A DNA stretch of 64,000 nt from Lachnospiraceae bacterium (GTDB lineage: Bacteria > Bacillota > Clostridia > Lachnospirales > Lachnospiraceae): contig JAFTVH010000139.1 of NCBI GenBank assembly GCA_017465845.1, positions 9,114 to 73,113 of the forward strand. The letters are read 5' to 3'. The notes under the pieces are model-generated. The model was not told where the DNA came from. It did no database searches and saw only the letters and a list, made by a program, of their open reading frames with translations. The first letter of the stretch is position 1; every line of letters starts with the position of its first letter. Shown in pieces: positions 18,255 to 29,966 of this stretch. Position numbers and translations under genes: made by a program.

Positions 18255-20468
18255 TTATGACTGCAAGTCTGTTACCTGCCCGGAGGGAGCATGTCCGTAG
18301 ACTCTCCGATAAGCTTTATAGAAAGAGTTGGCATTGGCATAACCGCATTCGATGGCAATTTCGGAAACTGATTTTTGATTCTTCGCCAGTAATTCGCTGG
18401 CATACTGCATTCGTTTGCGCTCGATATAGCCGGCTACGGTCATATTAGTCTCAGCCTTAAAAATCTTCCGGATGGTGGTGGCAGAGCTGTTAAAATAGGT
18501 TTCCAGGGAGGTAATGCACAAATTACAGTCCCGGAAATTGGTATCAATATACCGCACTAACTTCTGACCGAACGTTTCGGTTGTCTTGTCGCAAAATCTG
18601 CAAATGACTTCTGACAGGACAGCATATAGTGATCCATCAGCATTCAGCATGCTGTCCTCATTGTAAGCAGGAATATATTCTTCAATAAAATATTGCGGAT
18701 ATTCTACTTTGACCGCATTCAATATTGTCCGGATCAGTTCATACACATGTCTGTTCAGAGTACCATTTTTAATATGTAATAACTCATCGGAGTAATTGCG
18801 TAGCTGTTCCAGTGCGGCTTCCCGGTTACCATGTGTAATTGCAGTATACAAGGTCATGAAGTCCGGCAGGGAAAAGGAAACCTGGGGACTGCTGAACACA
18901 TCATCCGGCATACAGACACGTGTACGGTCATCCGCGAAAGACACGCCTTCCATATTTAAAAGCTGCTTATATGCAATCGGCAATTCTTCCAGATGATGAT
19001 AGGTCTTTCCGGCATAGCAGCGTATTTCATAGCATGCCTCTTCCCGGTTGATATTGTCTACCACAAAATCCAGTACCTTGTGACAATGTTCAAAATCCCG
19101 GTCATCTATCAGCAGCAACAGTTCTGTGTTGCTGTTCTGCTGCTGGTAGACAGAGGGCAGCTCACTTTGCAGGAAACTGCTGAGCAGGAGCATCGGATCT
19201 TCATAAAAGGTACCGTTCTCCATCACGTCAACCCGCAGTCTGATCAACATCAGACGGTAGCCGTCCTTTGGAAAATCAGGATAATTCGTATAAAAAAGAT
19301 CAATGTCCGCGGGGCTGATCAAGGAACCGTTAATTGCTTTTTCCAGGATACGTACCTTAATAAACTTCTGCTGCATATAAGATTTTATTTTATAATTTTC
19401 CAATTCATCTTCCGCATCCAGTATTTTGTGGGAAATATGATCAAACAAATCAGGCAGACCATTGCTGTGATGACGCCGTACTGTCAGCTGACCGTCTTTT
19501 TCCCTGAAGATATTCTTGCATTTCTCCAGAGTCCGGGCAAACTCCAGAAACGGGTGCGCGGAAAAGTAGGCACTACAGATAACGACACAAGCCATAAATA
19601 CCAGACAGAGAATGCCATACATCAGAACCGTCAGGTACAGGGGCTGCATTCTTCTTTGAAAAACAAGATCGCTGATATATATGGTAATTGTCAGGTTGCC
19701 TGATTCAATATGTCGGCTCATTGTCTGATAACTTTGCGCTTCCTGCGGCAGGTCAGAGTAAATTACAGTATCTTCAGACACTGTAAGCGTCACATAACAG
19801 CCGTCCTGTTCTGTTTCTGTAATCAGAAGCTCCTTTATGTCTGCGATATCCAGGCAGGTAAACATGTAGGCAGATTTATACCATTTCACAGCATAAATGA
19901 TGGCATCGTATTCTTTTTCATTAGTCTTAATATGATGAAGCGGCAGAAAGCCATATTTATTATCCACCAGGACTTGCTGCCATTGGGCAAAGCTCAGATC
20001 ATCCACGCAGAAAAAATCCGGATAGTAGTTGCTTGCTTCGCCCCAGAAAAGCAGCTTCTGGGAAGCCGCCGTATTTTCATCAAACTGAAGTATGGTATCA
20101 GTAGCAATGCCCTGGGAATACTGCATTCTATAAAGGGATTTTTTTAAATACTTGCGTGTATCAAGAGGGATTTTAGCGTAATCTATCTGCGTATACCGAA
20201 GCTGCCTCAGGAGAGAATCCTCTACCATAGACTGGGAGGTGTTGATCACATTATTAACAACGCTTTCTATCTGCGCAACACCGTTATTTAATTTCTGGCT
20301 GATATTTTCCGTTTGCAGCTTTGCGAAAACATTTTGTACATATCCAAAGACCGGAATCAGTACAAGACAAAATACCAGGAATACAACGGAAAAAATCGTC
20401 AGGAACCAGCGTATCAGCTGGTAACTCATATTATTCTTGTCTTTGGGTAATACAAACTTCTTCATCAT
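18255..20468 (-). CDS. Membrane-anchored AraC-family regulator (YesS-like)
   Basis: Two TM segments flanking a sensor region; C-terminal IAIECGYANANSFYKAYRRVYG. Confidence 0.9.
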   Translation of the reverse strand: MMKKFVLPKDKNNMSYQLIRWFLTIFSVVFLVFCLVLIPVFGYVQNVFAKLQTENISQKLNNGVAQIESVVNNVINTSQSMVEDSLLRQLRYTQIDYAKIPLDTRKYLKKSLYRMQYSQGIATDTILQFDENTAASQKLLFWGEASNYYPDFFCVDDLSFAQWQQVLVDNKYGFLPLHHIKTNEKEYDAIIYAVKWYKSAYMFTCLDIADIKELLITETEQDGCYVTLTVSEDTVIYSDLPQEAQSYQTMSRHIESGNLTITIYISDLVFQRRMQPLYLTVLMYGILCLVFMACVVICSAYFSAHPFLEFARTLEKCKNIFREKDGQLTVRRHHSNGLPDLFDHISHKILDAEDELENYKIKSYMQQKFIKVRILEKAINGSLISPADIDLFYTNYPDFPKDGYRLMLIRLRVDVMENGTFYEDPMLLLSSFLQSELPSVYQQQNSNTELLLLIDDRDFEHCHKVLDFVVDNINREEACYEIRCYAGKTYHHLEELPIAYKQLLNMEGVSFADDRTRVCMPDDVFSSPQVSFSLPDFMTLYTAITHGNREAALEQLRNYSDELLHIKNGTLNRHVYELIRTILNAVKVEYPQYFIEEYIPAYNEDSMLNADGSLYAVLSEVICRFCDKTTETFGQKLVRYIDTNFRDCNLCITSLETYFNSSATTIRKIFKAETNMTVAGYIERKRMQYASELLAKNQKSVSEIAIECGYANANSFYKAYRRVYGHAPSGQVTDLQS

Positions 20469-20752
20469 CTGTTACCTTCCTTATATAAATAGGAAAACCC
20501 CCTTGGCATAGAAAATGCATTTATCTTTATTGTATTTTTAAAACATGGTATTTTCAAGTATGTTTGTCGATTTTCACGATAAAAAATGTAATTTCACGGG
20601 CAGTATTTTGTGACATTTATTCCGGAAAGTTGGATTGTAATGGAAAATGTCGGGATATCCTGATGCATATGTCAGCTTCCTCTTGTATAATGCCAATAGT
20701 GGATTTGTTCTTCAAATCACCAAACAAATATCTATTTTAAGGAGGATTTCTT

Positions 20753-22498
20753 ATGAAACAAAAACGTTTGCTTTCTCTGCTGCTGGCAGGCAGCATGCTT
20801 GCAGTTTCGCTGACAGGCTGTGGCAATTCTGAAACTCCACAGAGTTCAGAGACTTCCAAAGAATCTACTGCTGCAGAATCTACTGCCGCAACCGGAGATT
20901 CCGATGAAGAAGCTTCTACAGAAGAAGCATTTGATCCCAGATCCATTACAGAAGGGGTAACGCTGACTGTGGCAATGCCTGAAAATGTAAAAATTTCAGA
21001 TTTTGAAACTAATTCTACAACCCTTGCAATTGAAGAAGCTTTGGGTGTAAATTTGGAATTTATGACCTTCCCTGCAGCTGACTATCAGCAGAAAATTAAC
21101 GTAATGGTAATGGGAGGCGATAAACTGCCTGACATTATTATGAATGGAACAAGTTCCAAGTCTGACTGGTCAGGGTGGATTGCTGAAGAGGTTCTCCTGC
21201 CTTTGGACGAATATTATGCGGATCCTGATATGGCTGCAAATATCATGGCTGCAAGCGAGGAGACCGGCATTGACATTGCATCAGCTCTTACCATGGCAGA
21301 CGGCCATATTTACTATCTGCCCAAGTTCGGCCAGAGTGTTAATGCGGAGGTATATTCCAGATTGTGGGTCTATGAGCCTTGGCTGGATGCAATCGGGAAG
21401 GATATTCCTACAACCACAGAAGAATTCTATGAAGTATGTAAGCTGATCAGCGAGACTGACTTGAATGGCAATGGTAAAAAGGATGAAATTGCGTTGGGCG
21501 GTTACGGTACAACTAACTGGTTTGGTTGTCTGATGTCCGCATTTGTATATGCTCATGATACCGAGTACCGTATTGTGGAAGATGGTAAGGTCGGCTATGC
21601 ATTTACTACGGATGCCTGGAAAGAGGGTTTGAAATATATCAAGAGATTCTTTGATGAAGGATTGATTCCTCTGGAAACTTTGACACAGGCCAGCGAACAG
21701 CATGAAGCACAGCTATATTCTGATGTGCAGACAGTTTTCTCTTTTGCAGGCTACAATCCTCTGGAGACCAAGGGAAGTCAGTGGAGATTAGACTTTGAAT
21801 GTCTGATGCCTCTGGAGGGACCGGAAGGAGAAGCCAATGCCATGTACCGCCCTGCACTGCCCAAGCTGGGTGCTGCCATCTCGGTTGACTGTGAGAATCC
21901 AGAGGCTGCATTCCTTGTATGTGATTTCCTGTGCAGTGAAGAAATGGGTATTACTGCACGTTGGGGGAAACGTGGTGTCAACTGGGATTACTGGGAGGAA
22001 GCCAACGAATCTTTGATGGCTGGTACAAAGTCTGAATATGCAGCTTATACTCCGGGACGTGACATTTATCTGATTGCGTATGATGATTCTGCTTTCTGGG
22101 GCGGCACAGAGCCTCAGAATGACAGCTGGCTTCAGCAAGGTTGTTATGTATGGAGTGACAAAATCTATGGAGGACGTGCAACGAAGGTGACTGGTTTAAC
22201 AGAAGAGGAAGAAATCAGTCTGGCAATTGGTAATGAAATGAATACAGTTATTGAAAAGCTGCATGACTATGTTCCGGAAGAGGTCATTGACAATGCGCCT
22301 TTGACAACAGAAGAAATCGAATCTATTGCAGATGCAAAATCTACATTGAGTTCCTATGTAACGGAATCAATTGGTAAATTCCTGACAGGAGCCTGGGATA
22401 TTGATACTGAATGGGACAACTATCTGAAGGAACTTGAAAATATCGGGTATAAGGATGTACTTGCAGTATATCAGACCGGTTACGATCGTACCCATTAG
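20753..22498 (+). CDS. Carbohydrate ABC transporter substrate-binding lipoprotein (LplA-like)
   Basis: Lipobox LTGC, Ser/Thr/Glu linker, DGHIYYLP, WLDAIG..IPTTTEEF and DLNGNGKKDE. Confidence 0.93.
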   Translation: MKQKRLLSLLLAGSMLAVSLTGCGNSETPQSSETSKESTAAESTAATGDSDEEASTEEAFDPRSITEGVTLTVAMPENVKISDFETNSTTLAIEEALGVNLEFMTFPAADYQQKINVMVMGGDKLPDIIMNGTSSKSDWSGWIAEEVLLPLDEYYADPDMAANIMAASEETGIDIASALTMADGHIYYLPKFGQSVNAEVYSRLWVYEPWLDAIGKDIPTTTEEFYEVCKLISETDLNGNGKKDEIALGGYGTTNWFGCLMSAFVYAHDTEYRIVEDGKVGYAFTTDAWKEGLKYIKRFFDEGLIPLETLTQASEQHEAQLYSDVQTVFSFAGYNPLETKGSQWRLDFECLMPLEGPEGEANAMYRPALPKLGAAISVDCENPEAAFLVCDFLCSEEMGITARWGKRGVNWDYWEEANESLMAGTKSEYAAYTPGRDIYLIAYDDSAFWGGTEPQNDSWLQQGCYVWSDKIYGGRATKVTGLTEEEEISLAIGNEMNTVIEKLHDYVPEEVIDNAPLTTEEIESIADAKSTLSSYVTESIGKFLTGAWDIDTEWDNYLKELENIGYKDVLAVYQTGYDRTH

Positions 22499-22538
22499 TA
22501 TTTACCTACTTCAATACCGATAATCACAAAAATTTCGG

Positions 22539-22575
22539 ATTACCGGCAAGATCAAGTAAAGACCTTGCCGGTAAT
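22539..22575 (+). terminator. Intercistronic stem-loop after the SBP gene
   Basis: ATTACCGGCAAG...CTTGCCGGTAAT. Confidence 0.7.
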
Positions 22576-22604
22576 TCAAACTTTTAAAGGAGCAGATAAA
22601 TATT

Positions 22605-23537
22605 ATGAAAACAGAAAAGCTACAAAAAATCAGACAACGGATCTGGAGAGACAGACGATTATATATGTTCTTGCTCCTCCCGTTGCTTAACCTGATTATC
22701 TTTGATTATATTCCCATGGGAGGACTGATAATTGCTTTTAAGGACTATAGTGCCCGGAAAGGAATATGGGGAAGCCCATGGGTGGGGCTTGATAATTTTA
22801 TTAAGTTCTTTAACTCCTATGAATGCTGGAGGCTGATTCGTAATACTCTGGTTCTTTCGGTTTATACAATTGTGGCCACCTTTCCGATTCCTATTATCTT
22901 TGCGCTGATGATTAACAGTATACGCAACGAACGTTTTAAGAAACTTACTCAGACGATAGTCAATCTTCCGCATTTTATTTCCACAACGGTTCTGGTAGGT
23001 ATTCTGATGAATGTGCTGAACAGCCGTTCCGGATTTTACGGAATTTTAGGAGAACTGATTACCGGTGAATATCCTCCTGATCTGTTTGGTTCACCTCAGG
23101 CATTCAGACATTTATATGTATGGTCAGGAGTGTGGCAGGGTTTTGGATGGGGCAGTATTATCTACACGGCGGCTCTTTCCTCTGTAGATCCTGAGTTGCA
23201 TGAAGCAGCCCAGATTGATGGTGCATCACGTCTGCAGCGAATCATTCATGTTGATCTGCCTTGTATTGCTCCTACTATTATTATCAGACTGATCATGCGT
23301 CTGGGTGATGTCATGAGCGTGGGCTTTGAAAAAGTATATCTGATGCAGAACAGTCTGAATCTGGAAGCCAGTAGAATCATTTCCACTTACGTATATTCCG
23401 TTGGACTCGCTTCCAGTGGGCATTCGGATTTATCATACGCAACAGCAATCGGTATGTTCAATTCCGTTATCAATTTGATTTTAATTGTTTCAGTGAACAA
23501 GATTGCCCGTAGAGTCAGCGAAACAAGCTTGTGGTAA
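22605..23537 (+). CDS. Carbohydrate ABC permease (LplB-like)
   Basis: SPWVGLDNF, LPHFIS and EAAQIDGASRLQ. Confidence 0.95.
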   Translation: MKTEKLQKIRQRIWRDRRLYMFLLLPLLNLIIFDYIPMGGLIIAFKDYSARKGIWGSPWVGLDNFIKFFNSYECWRLIRNTLVLSVYTIVATFPIPIIFALMINSIRNERFKKLTQTIVNLPHFISTTVLVGILMNVLNSRSGFYGILGELITGEYPPDLFGSPQAFRHLYVWSGVWQGFGWGSIIYTAALSSVDPELHEAAQIDGASRLQRIIHVDLPCIAPTIIIRLIMRLGDVMSVGFEKVYLMQNSLNLEASRIISTYVYSVGLASSGHSDLSYATAIGMFNSVINLILIVSVNKIARRVSETSLW

Positions 23538-23549
23538 GGGAGGTCACAA

Positions 23550-24464
23550 ATGAGCAAATTATCAACAATGAAATCAAAAAAGCGTGTCAGAACAGGGACG
23601 AATGATAAAATATTTTACACAATTTGTTATGTTATTATAGCCCTGCTGTCGATTGCTGTATTATATCCCATTATATATGTCGTTTCGGCCTCTATGAGTT
23701 CGGCTAATGCTCTTACAGCCGGTAAGGTATGGTTTTTGCCGGTGGATTTCAGTTTAGAAGGCTATAAAGCAGTACTTAAGTATAAAAATATCTACATTGG
23801 CTATCGCAATACGATATTCTATACAGTAGTAGGTACATTGATCAATGTAAGTATGACCATGATATGTGCTTATCCTATGTCCAGAAAGAATCTATTCGCA
23901 AGAGGTCCTATTATGTTCTTGTTCAGCTTCACAATGCTGTTTGGTGGAGGTATGGTGCCTAACTATCTGTTGATGAAAAAATTACATTTCATCAATACTA
24001 TCTGGGTCATGTTGATTCCGGGCTGCATGAGTGTATATAACATGATTGTGGCAAGAACCTTCATCCAGACCAACATCCCAGGTGAATTATTGGAATCGGC
24101 CCAGCTGGACGGATGTAATGATACAGTCTATTTCTTTAAAATGGTACTACCGCTGTCAAAGGCGATTCTGGCGGTACTGACCTTGTGGTATGCAGTAGGA
24201 CATTGGAATTCATATTTTAAAGCGTTTATATATTTGACGGATAAAAATTTATATCCTTTACAGATATTCCTGAGGGATATCCTGATTTCAAGCCAGATCA
24301 GCGCCGATTTGAATGACCCGGAAATTGCGGAACAGCTTCGAACCATTCAAATGACATTAAAGTATGCTATGATCATAGTATCAACGGTGCCGCTATATGT
24401 TTTCTATCCGTTTGCACAAAAGTATTTTGCAAAAGGGGTTATGGTAGGTTCCGTGAAAGGATAG
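23550..24464 (+). CDS. Carbohydrate ABC permease (LplC-like)
   Basis: FGGGMVPNYL, ESAQLDG and QKYFAKGVMVGSVKG. Confidence 0.95.
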   Translation: MSKLSTMKSKKRVRTGTNDKIFYTICYVIIALLSIAVLYPIIYVVSASMSSANALTAGKVWFLPVDFSLEGYKAVLKYKNIYIGYRNTIFYTVVGTLINVSMTMICAYPMSRKNLFARGPIMFLFSFTMLFGGGMVPNYLLMKKLHFINTIWVMLIPGCMSVYNMIVARTFIQTNIPGELLESAQLDGCNDTVYFFKMVLPLSKAILAVLTLWYAVGHWNSYFKAFIYLTDKNLYPLQIFLRDILISSQISADLNDPEIAEQLRTIQMTLKYAMIIVSTVPLYVFYPFAQKYFAKGVMVGSVKG

Positions 24465-24474
24465 GCAATTGCGA

Positions 24475-26028
24475 ATGAAAATAACTGATTTATCACTAAA
24501 AGAAAAAATACTGCAAACAGTAGTAATCAGAGTAGATAAAGACAAGTTTGTTTCGGATCAGGTCGGCGCGGCATTCTTTTTTGGAGAAATTATTACAGAG
24601 GCAGATGAGATGGGGCTGGATCAGGCAAGGAGTACTCTAAAGCAATACATAGACAATGCCGGAATTCCAATCCTTATCACTTCTGATTTTGAGAACGGAT
24701 GTGGGAGCATGCTCAAGGGCCTGACTCCTCTTCCTTATCTTATGGGGGTGGGCGCAGCGAACAGGGAAGAGATTGCCTACAACTATGGAAAAGCCACTGC
24801 TCTGGAAGCACGATCGGTAGGTGCCAACTGGTCCTTTTCCCCTGTCTCGGATTTGAATATTAATAAGCGTAATCCGCTGGTCAATGTGCGTGGAATCAGC
24901 GATAATCCGGATTTGGCTATCAGGCTTTTAAAGCAGGTAATTCGTGGAATGCAGGAAAACGGTCTGGCAGCATGTGCCAAACATTTTCCGGGAGATGGTC
25001 TTGATTATCGTGACCAGCATATCGTAACTACTAATAATTCGCTTTCTTTTACAGACTGGAAAAAACTGTCGGGAAAAGTATTTCAGGAACTGATAGATGA
25101 CGGTGTCTATTCTGTTATGGCAGGACATATTACCCTTCCGGATTATCAGAAAGAAATCTTTACCAATGGCATGAAATTGCCGGCTACACTGTCACAGGAG
25201 CTGATAGAGAAGCTGCTAAAGAAGGAAATGGGATTTGAAGGTGTGGTAGTAACCGATGCTCTTGGCATGGGCGGTTTCAACGGATGGTATGACACCAGAC
25301 AGCGTTCGGAAATTGAAAGTTTTAAGGCAGGCTGTGATATGATGCTCTGGCCTACAGCAGATTATGTGAAGAATATGACCGAAGCAATTGAAAACGGGTA
25401 TATTCCTATGGAACGTTTGGACGATGCCGTTTCAAGGATTCTGTCCATGAAAGAAAAGCTGGGACTGTTTGCCGGAGATAATCATGCTATTACATTGTCG
25501 CAGCAGGATAGAGACTTTGTGAAGAAGACACAGCAGGAGACGGCGGAGCATTCCGTTACCCTGATTCGTGACAAAGGAAACTTTTTTCCAATAAATCCTG
25601 AGAAAAACAAGAAGATTGCAGTGATCCCGATAACGCACCATCAGCCGGCACTGGAAGAAGCGGAACTTTTATGTGAGGAACTGAGTAACAGAGGTTTTGA
25701 AGTATCATATTTTCAAAATGGGGTAAAGGATGAAGATGTTGATGCCCATGATCTGGTACTTTATGCATTGTTCTCCAGACCATTTCGTCCTATGGGATTC
25801 CTTGATTTTCATTCCAAAGAAGCAAATAAGATTGCCAAAAGTCTGCAATATGGAACCGACAAGACCATTGTAGTATCTTTCGGGTCTCCTTATTTCGGAA
25901 ATCAATACTTTGAACGTGCACTTACATATGTAAATGCGTATTCTATGTTAGCGCCAAGTGTCAAGGCATTTGTTCGGGCAGCAGTGGGAGAAATACCTTT
26001 TGACAGTTTTAGCCCGGTAGAATTATAA
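24475..26028 (+). CDS. GH3 enzyme of the Nag3/BglP-like beta-N-acetylglucosaminidase / beta-glucoside phosphorylase type
   Basis: KHFPGDGLDYRDQH and nucleophile motif VVTDALGM; no signal peptide. Confidence 0.9.
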   Translation: MKITDLSLKEKILQTVVIRVDKDKFVSDQVGAAFFFGEIITEADEMGLDQARSTLKQYIDNAGIPILITSDFENGCGSMLKGLTPLPYLMGVGAANREEIAYNYGKATALEARSVGANWSFSPVSDLNINKRNPLVNVRGISDNPDLAIRLLKQVIRGMQENGLAACAKHFPGDGLDYRDQHIVTTNNSLSFTDWKKLSGKVFQELIDDGVYSVMAGHITLPDYQKEIFTNGMKLPATLSQELIEKLLKKEMGFEGVVVTDALGMGGFNGWYDTRQRSEIESFKAGCDMMLWPTADYVKNMTEAIENGYIPMERLDDAVSRILSMKEKLGLFAGDNHAITLSQQDRDFVKKTQQETAEHSVTLIRDKGNFFPINPEKNKKIAVIPITHHQPALEEAELLCEELSNRGFEVSYFQNGVKDEDVDAHDLVLYALFSRPFRPMGFLDFHSKEANKIAKSLQYGTDKTIVVSFGSPYFGNQYFERALTYVNAYSMLAPSVKAFVRAAVGEIPFDSFSPVEL

Positions 26029-26039
26029 AGGTAATTGAA

Positions 26040-27221
26040 ATGGAGACTGTTATAATGGAAAATTTGAACAAAGAGCGTCGAAGCTCGAACGTTACCGTAA
26101 ATGGTTTTAAGGGGGAAGATGCCACAGATTACGGCGTTTTGCGGCCGACTGTTCCTGAAGGGAACACGGAGCTGCGTGTGATGAGCTTTAATATTGAAAA
26201 GACCCTTCCCACCGATGACAACGGTACTCTGACTGATGCAGCCAGGAACAGAATAGAGGCAGTTAAAAATGAAATTCTGCTTTATTCACCTGACTTATTA
26301 GGAGTTCAGGAGGATCTCGGGATATGGCATGATAATCTGGCTCTGGATGGCTACAAAGTCATTCGGGATACGACAATCTCCATTGGCGATGAGCAGTGTG
26401 CTATTTTCTATAAATCAGGACTGAATCTTATTACTGCGAAAACCGTATGGATGAGCAGTAACGGTAAAAGAAACGGTGTTGCACTAACCGTTGCGGATTT
26501 GTTTGAGGAAGGCGGAAAGTATGGGATGTCCCGGGAAGATCTGGCAATACTGGGTATTACCAAAGATACGCCGGATTCCTTTTTTAAGGAGCTAAAGACC
26601 ATATATGTGGATAAAAACGGTGTAACCCGCAACAGTTCCAAACAGTATGCATACCTGGGAACTCGTAAGTTGACCTACGGTGTCTTTGAGATTAACGGCC
26701 GGTACGTGATTTATGTCAATACCCATTTGCAGAATAGAAGTCAGAATGCAATATATAGTAATGAAGCGCTCCAGAAGCTGCGCAGTCGGGAAAGAGTAAA
26801 GCATTTTGATATGCTTCAGGCTATAGTAGATGAATTAAAGGAAATATACACAGATGCTGTGGTATTTGTAACAGGTGACTTTAACGATGTTCCTGAGACA
26901 GAAGTATATAATAATGCATTTTCTCATGGATATTTCTGTGCATCTGTGGTGGCACAGGAAAGAACAGGAAACAGCGGTACCTGGAACCTTGCTTATAACG
27001 TGAAGACACAGGGTGACGACTATCCTCATGAAGCAGACGGATCTGCAGGTGATACTTTGGATTATTGCTTTGTGGATCAGAATATTACGGTTCAGAAATT
27101 CAGCGTAGGAGCGGGCAAGGCTGCTATTACGGCAGTTGATGGTTCTGAGAAGACTATTTTCACTTCTGACCATCTGCCCATTGTTACGGATATATGCTTT
27201 ACTGTTGAGGGGCTTGCGTAG
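26040..27221 (+). CDS. Endonuclease/exonuclease/phosphatase (EEP) family protein
   Basis: RVMSFNI, PDLLGVQE, NTHL, TGDFND, LDYCF and SDHLPI. Confidence 0.9.
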   Translation: METVIMENLNKERRSSNVTVNGFKGEDATDYGVLRPTVPEGNTELRVMSFNIEKTLPTDDNGTLTDAARNRIEAVKNEILLYSPDLLGVQEDLGIWHDNLALDGYKVIRDTTISIGDEQCAIFYKSGLNLITAKTVWMSSNGKRNGVALTVADLFEEGGKYGMSREDLAILGITKDTPDSFFKELKTIYVDKNGVTRNSSKQYAYLGTRKLTYGVFEINGRYVIYVNTHLQNRSQNAIYSNEALQKLRSRERVKHFDMLQAIVDELKEIYTDAVVFVTGDFNDVPETEVYNNAFSHGYFCASVVAQERTGNSGTWNLAYNVKTQGDDYPHEADGSAGDTLDYCFVDQNITVQKFSVGAGKAAITAVDGSEKTIFTSDHLPIVTDICFTVEGLA

Positions 27222-27262
27222 TCTTAAAAGAAGCAAATAGGGAATATAGGAAAGGACTGAGG

Positions 27263-28294
27263 ATGATGAAAAGAGTAGCGAAAAGAATGGTTGTTGCAGT
27301 ATCTTTGCTGGTAGTATCTTTATGTTTTAGCAGTTGTGGAAATAACGCAGCAGAAACTACAAAAGGTTCTAATTATGTTTTAGCAGCATGTGCTAATGAA
27401 AAGCGCGTGGTTCTGTATGATATGGCGACCTATGATGGCGAGAACCTGGATAACAATGAAGTCTGGTCCTTTCAGCCCACAGCTCCTGAAGCTGACAATG
27501 GCGGCGGAATGTCAGGAGTTAAGTATCGTGAAGACACGGTTTTCGGTGATGTTGTTATAGTATGTGCTTCACGTGGATATGCCGGAATTGTTTCATACCC
27601 TGAAGGGGAGGTATTATGGGAAGTTTATGATAGCGGGGATAATCCCCATGCAATTGAAATTCTTCCCAGCGGTAATGTGGTGGTCGCTGCTTCAGAGGGA
27701 GGGACTCTCAGACTTTACAATTCTTCCGCAGTTTTGCAAAATGATACAGAGGCATCTGTTACGTATAAAGAATATAATTTTATGAATGCACATGGAGTAT
27801 TATGGGATCCTGAATATGATGTTCTTTGGGTGGTCGGTGGAAGTGAACTGAATGCGTATACTGTTTCAGAAGATGGCGGCACTGAGGAACTACAGATTAG
27901 TGATAATTTGGGAGGGAGACTTCCCGGTTTGAACGGACATGATCTTTCTGCAGATTTTATGGATTCTCAATATCTATGGGTTGCCGGTGGAAAGCATGTT
28001 TACCACTTTGATAAGAAAACAGGTGAAATGTCAGATGTATATGAGCATAGCGATATTCTGGACAGGCCAATGATAAAAGGCTTCGGAAATAACCCTGAGG
28101 GAAATTATTTTTTCTGCTTCCCAAATGGAGGAAGAGGTACTGAGTGGGAAAAGGAAAATTATTCAACCTGGAGTACTGATCGATTCTATTTCTGTTTTCC
28201 GGGTGATGAGGGTTCATCTTTGGTAGCACAGCAATGTGTCTCACAAACATGTGCATATTATAAGGTTGTAAGTTTTTGCGGTAATTATCAATAA
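27263..28294 (+). CDS. Beta-propeller lipoprotein (DUF6528-like)
   Basis: Lipobox FSSC; NPHAIEILPSGNVVVAAS, AHGVLWD...LW and GHDLS. Confidence 0.7.
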   Translation: MMKRVAKRMVVAVSLLVVSLCFSSCGNNAAETTKGSNYVLAACANEKRVVLYDMATYDGENLDNNEVWSFQPTAPEADNGGGMSGVKYREDTVFGDVVIVCASRGYAGIVSYPEGEVLWEVYDSGDNPHAIEILPSGNVVVAASEGGTLRLYNSSAVLQNDTEASVTYKEYNFMNAHGVLWDPEYDVLWVVGGSELNAYTVSEDGGTEELQISDNLGGRLPGLNGHDLSADFMDSQYLWVAGGKHVYHFDKKTGEMSDVYEHSDILDRPMIKGFGNNPEGNYFFCFPNGGRGTEWEKENYSTWSTDRFYFCFPGDEGSSLVAQQCVSQTCAYYKVVSFCGNYQ

Positions 28295-28339
28295 GTGAAA
28301 ACTACTGAGAGACCTGCACACTTCTAAAGTTATGAAGCT

Positions 28340-28371
28340 CGCTGCAGAATAGAGAAAGCTATTCTGCAGCG
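28340..28371. terminator. Hairpin terminator
   Basis: CGCTGCAGAATAG / CTATTCTGCAGCG. Confidence 0.7.
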
Positions 28372-28380
28372 GCCCCTGTG

Positions 28381-28455
28381 TCATTGCTGTGCGTCTGTCC
28401 CCTGCCCCGAAGGCGCATGCCCATAAACCTTCCGATAAGCCTTATAAAAGGAGTT
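28381..28455 (-). pseudogene. 3'-terminal remnant of an AraC paralogue of 18255-20468
   Basis: The minus strand reads NSFYKAYRKVYGHAPSGQGTDAQQ*, versus NSFYKAYRRVYGHAPSGQVTDLQS* in the intact gene. Confidence 0.85.
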
Positions 28456-28459
28456 GGGG

Positions 28460-29734
<1,275 letters not shown>

Positions 29735-29966
29735 ATATGGGGATTGGCTTTAAGAGGACGCAGGCTGCCGCGGAATAGAGGATATTTACTATTTCGCAGC
29801 AGTCTTTTTGATTGGACTAAGGTGTGTACTTGGGTTTGGTTGCATATAATTCATAAAAAATTAACTAAAATATAAGCAAAAACAAATTGCACAATAAAGT
29901 GAGGGGAAGTATAATAAGCCCTGACCCATAATGAGTAAAAAGGCTTGTTAAAGGAAGGACAAGGAA

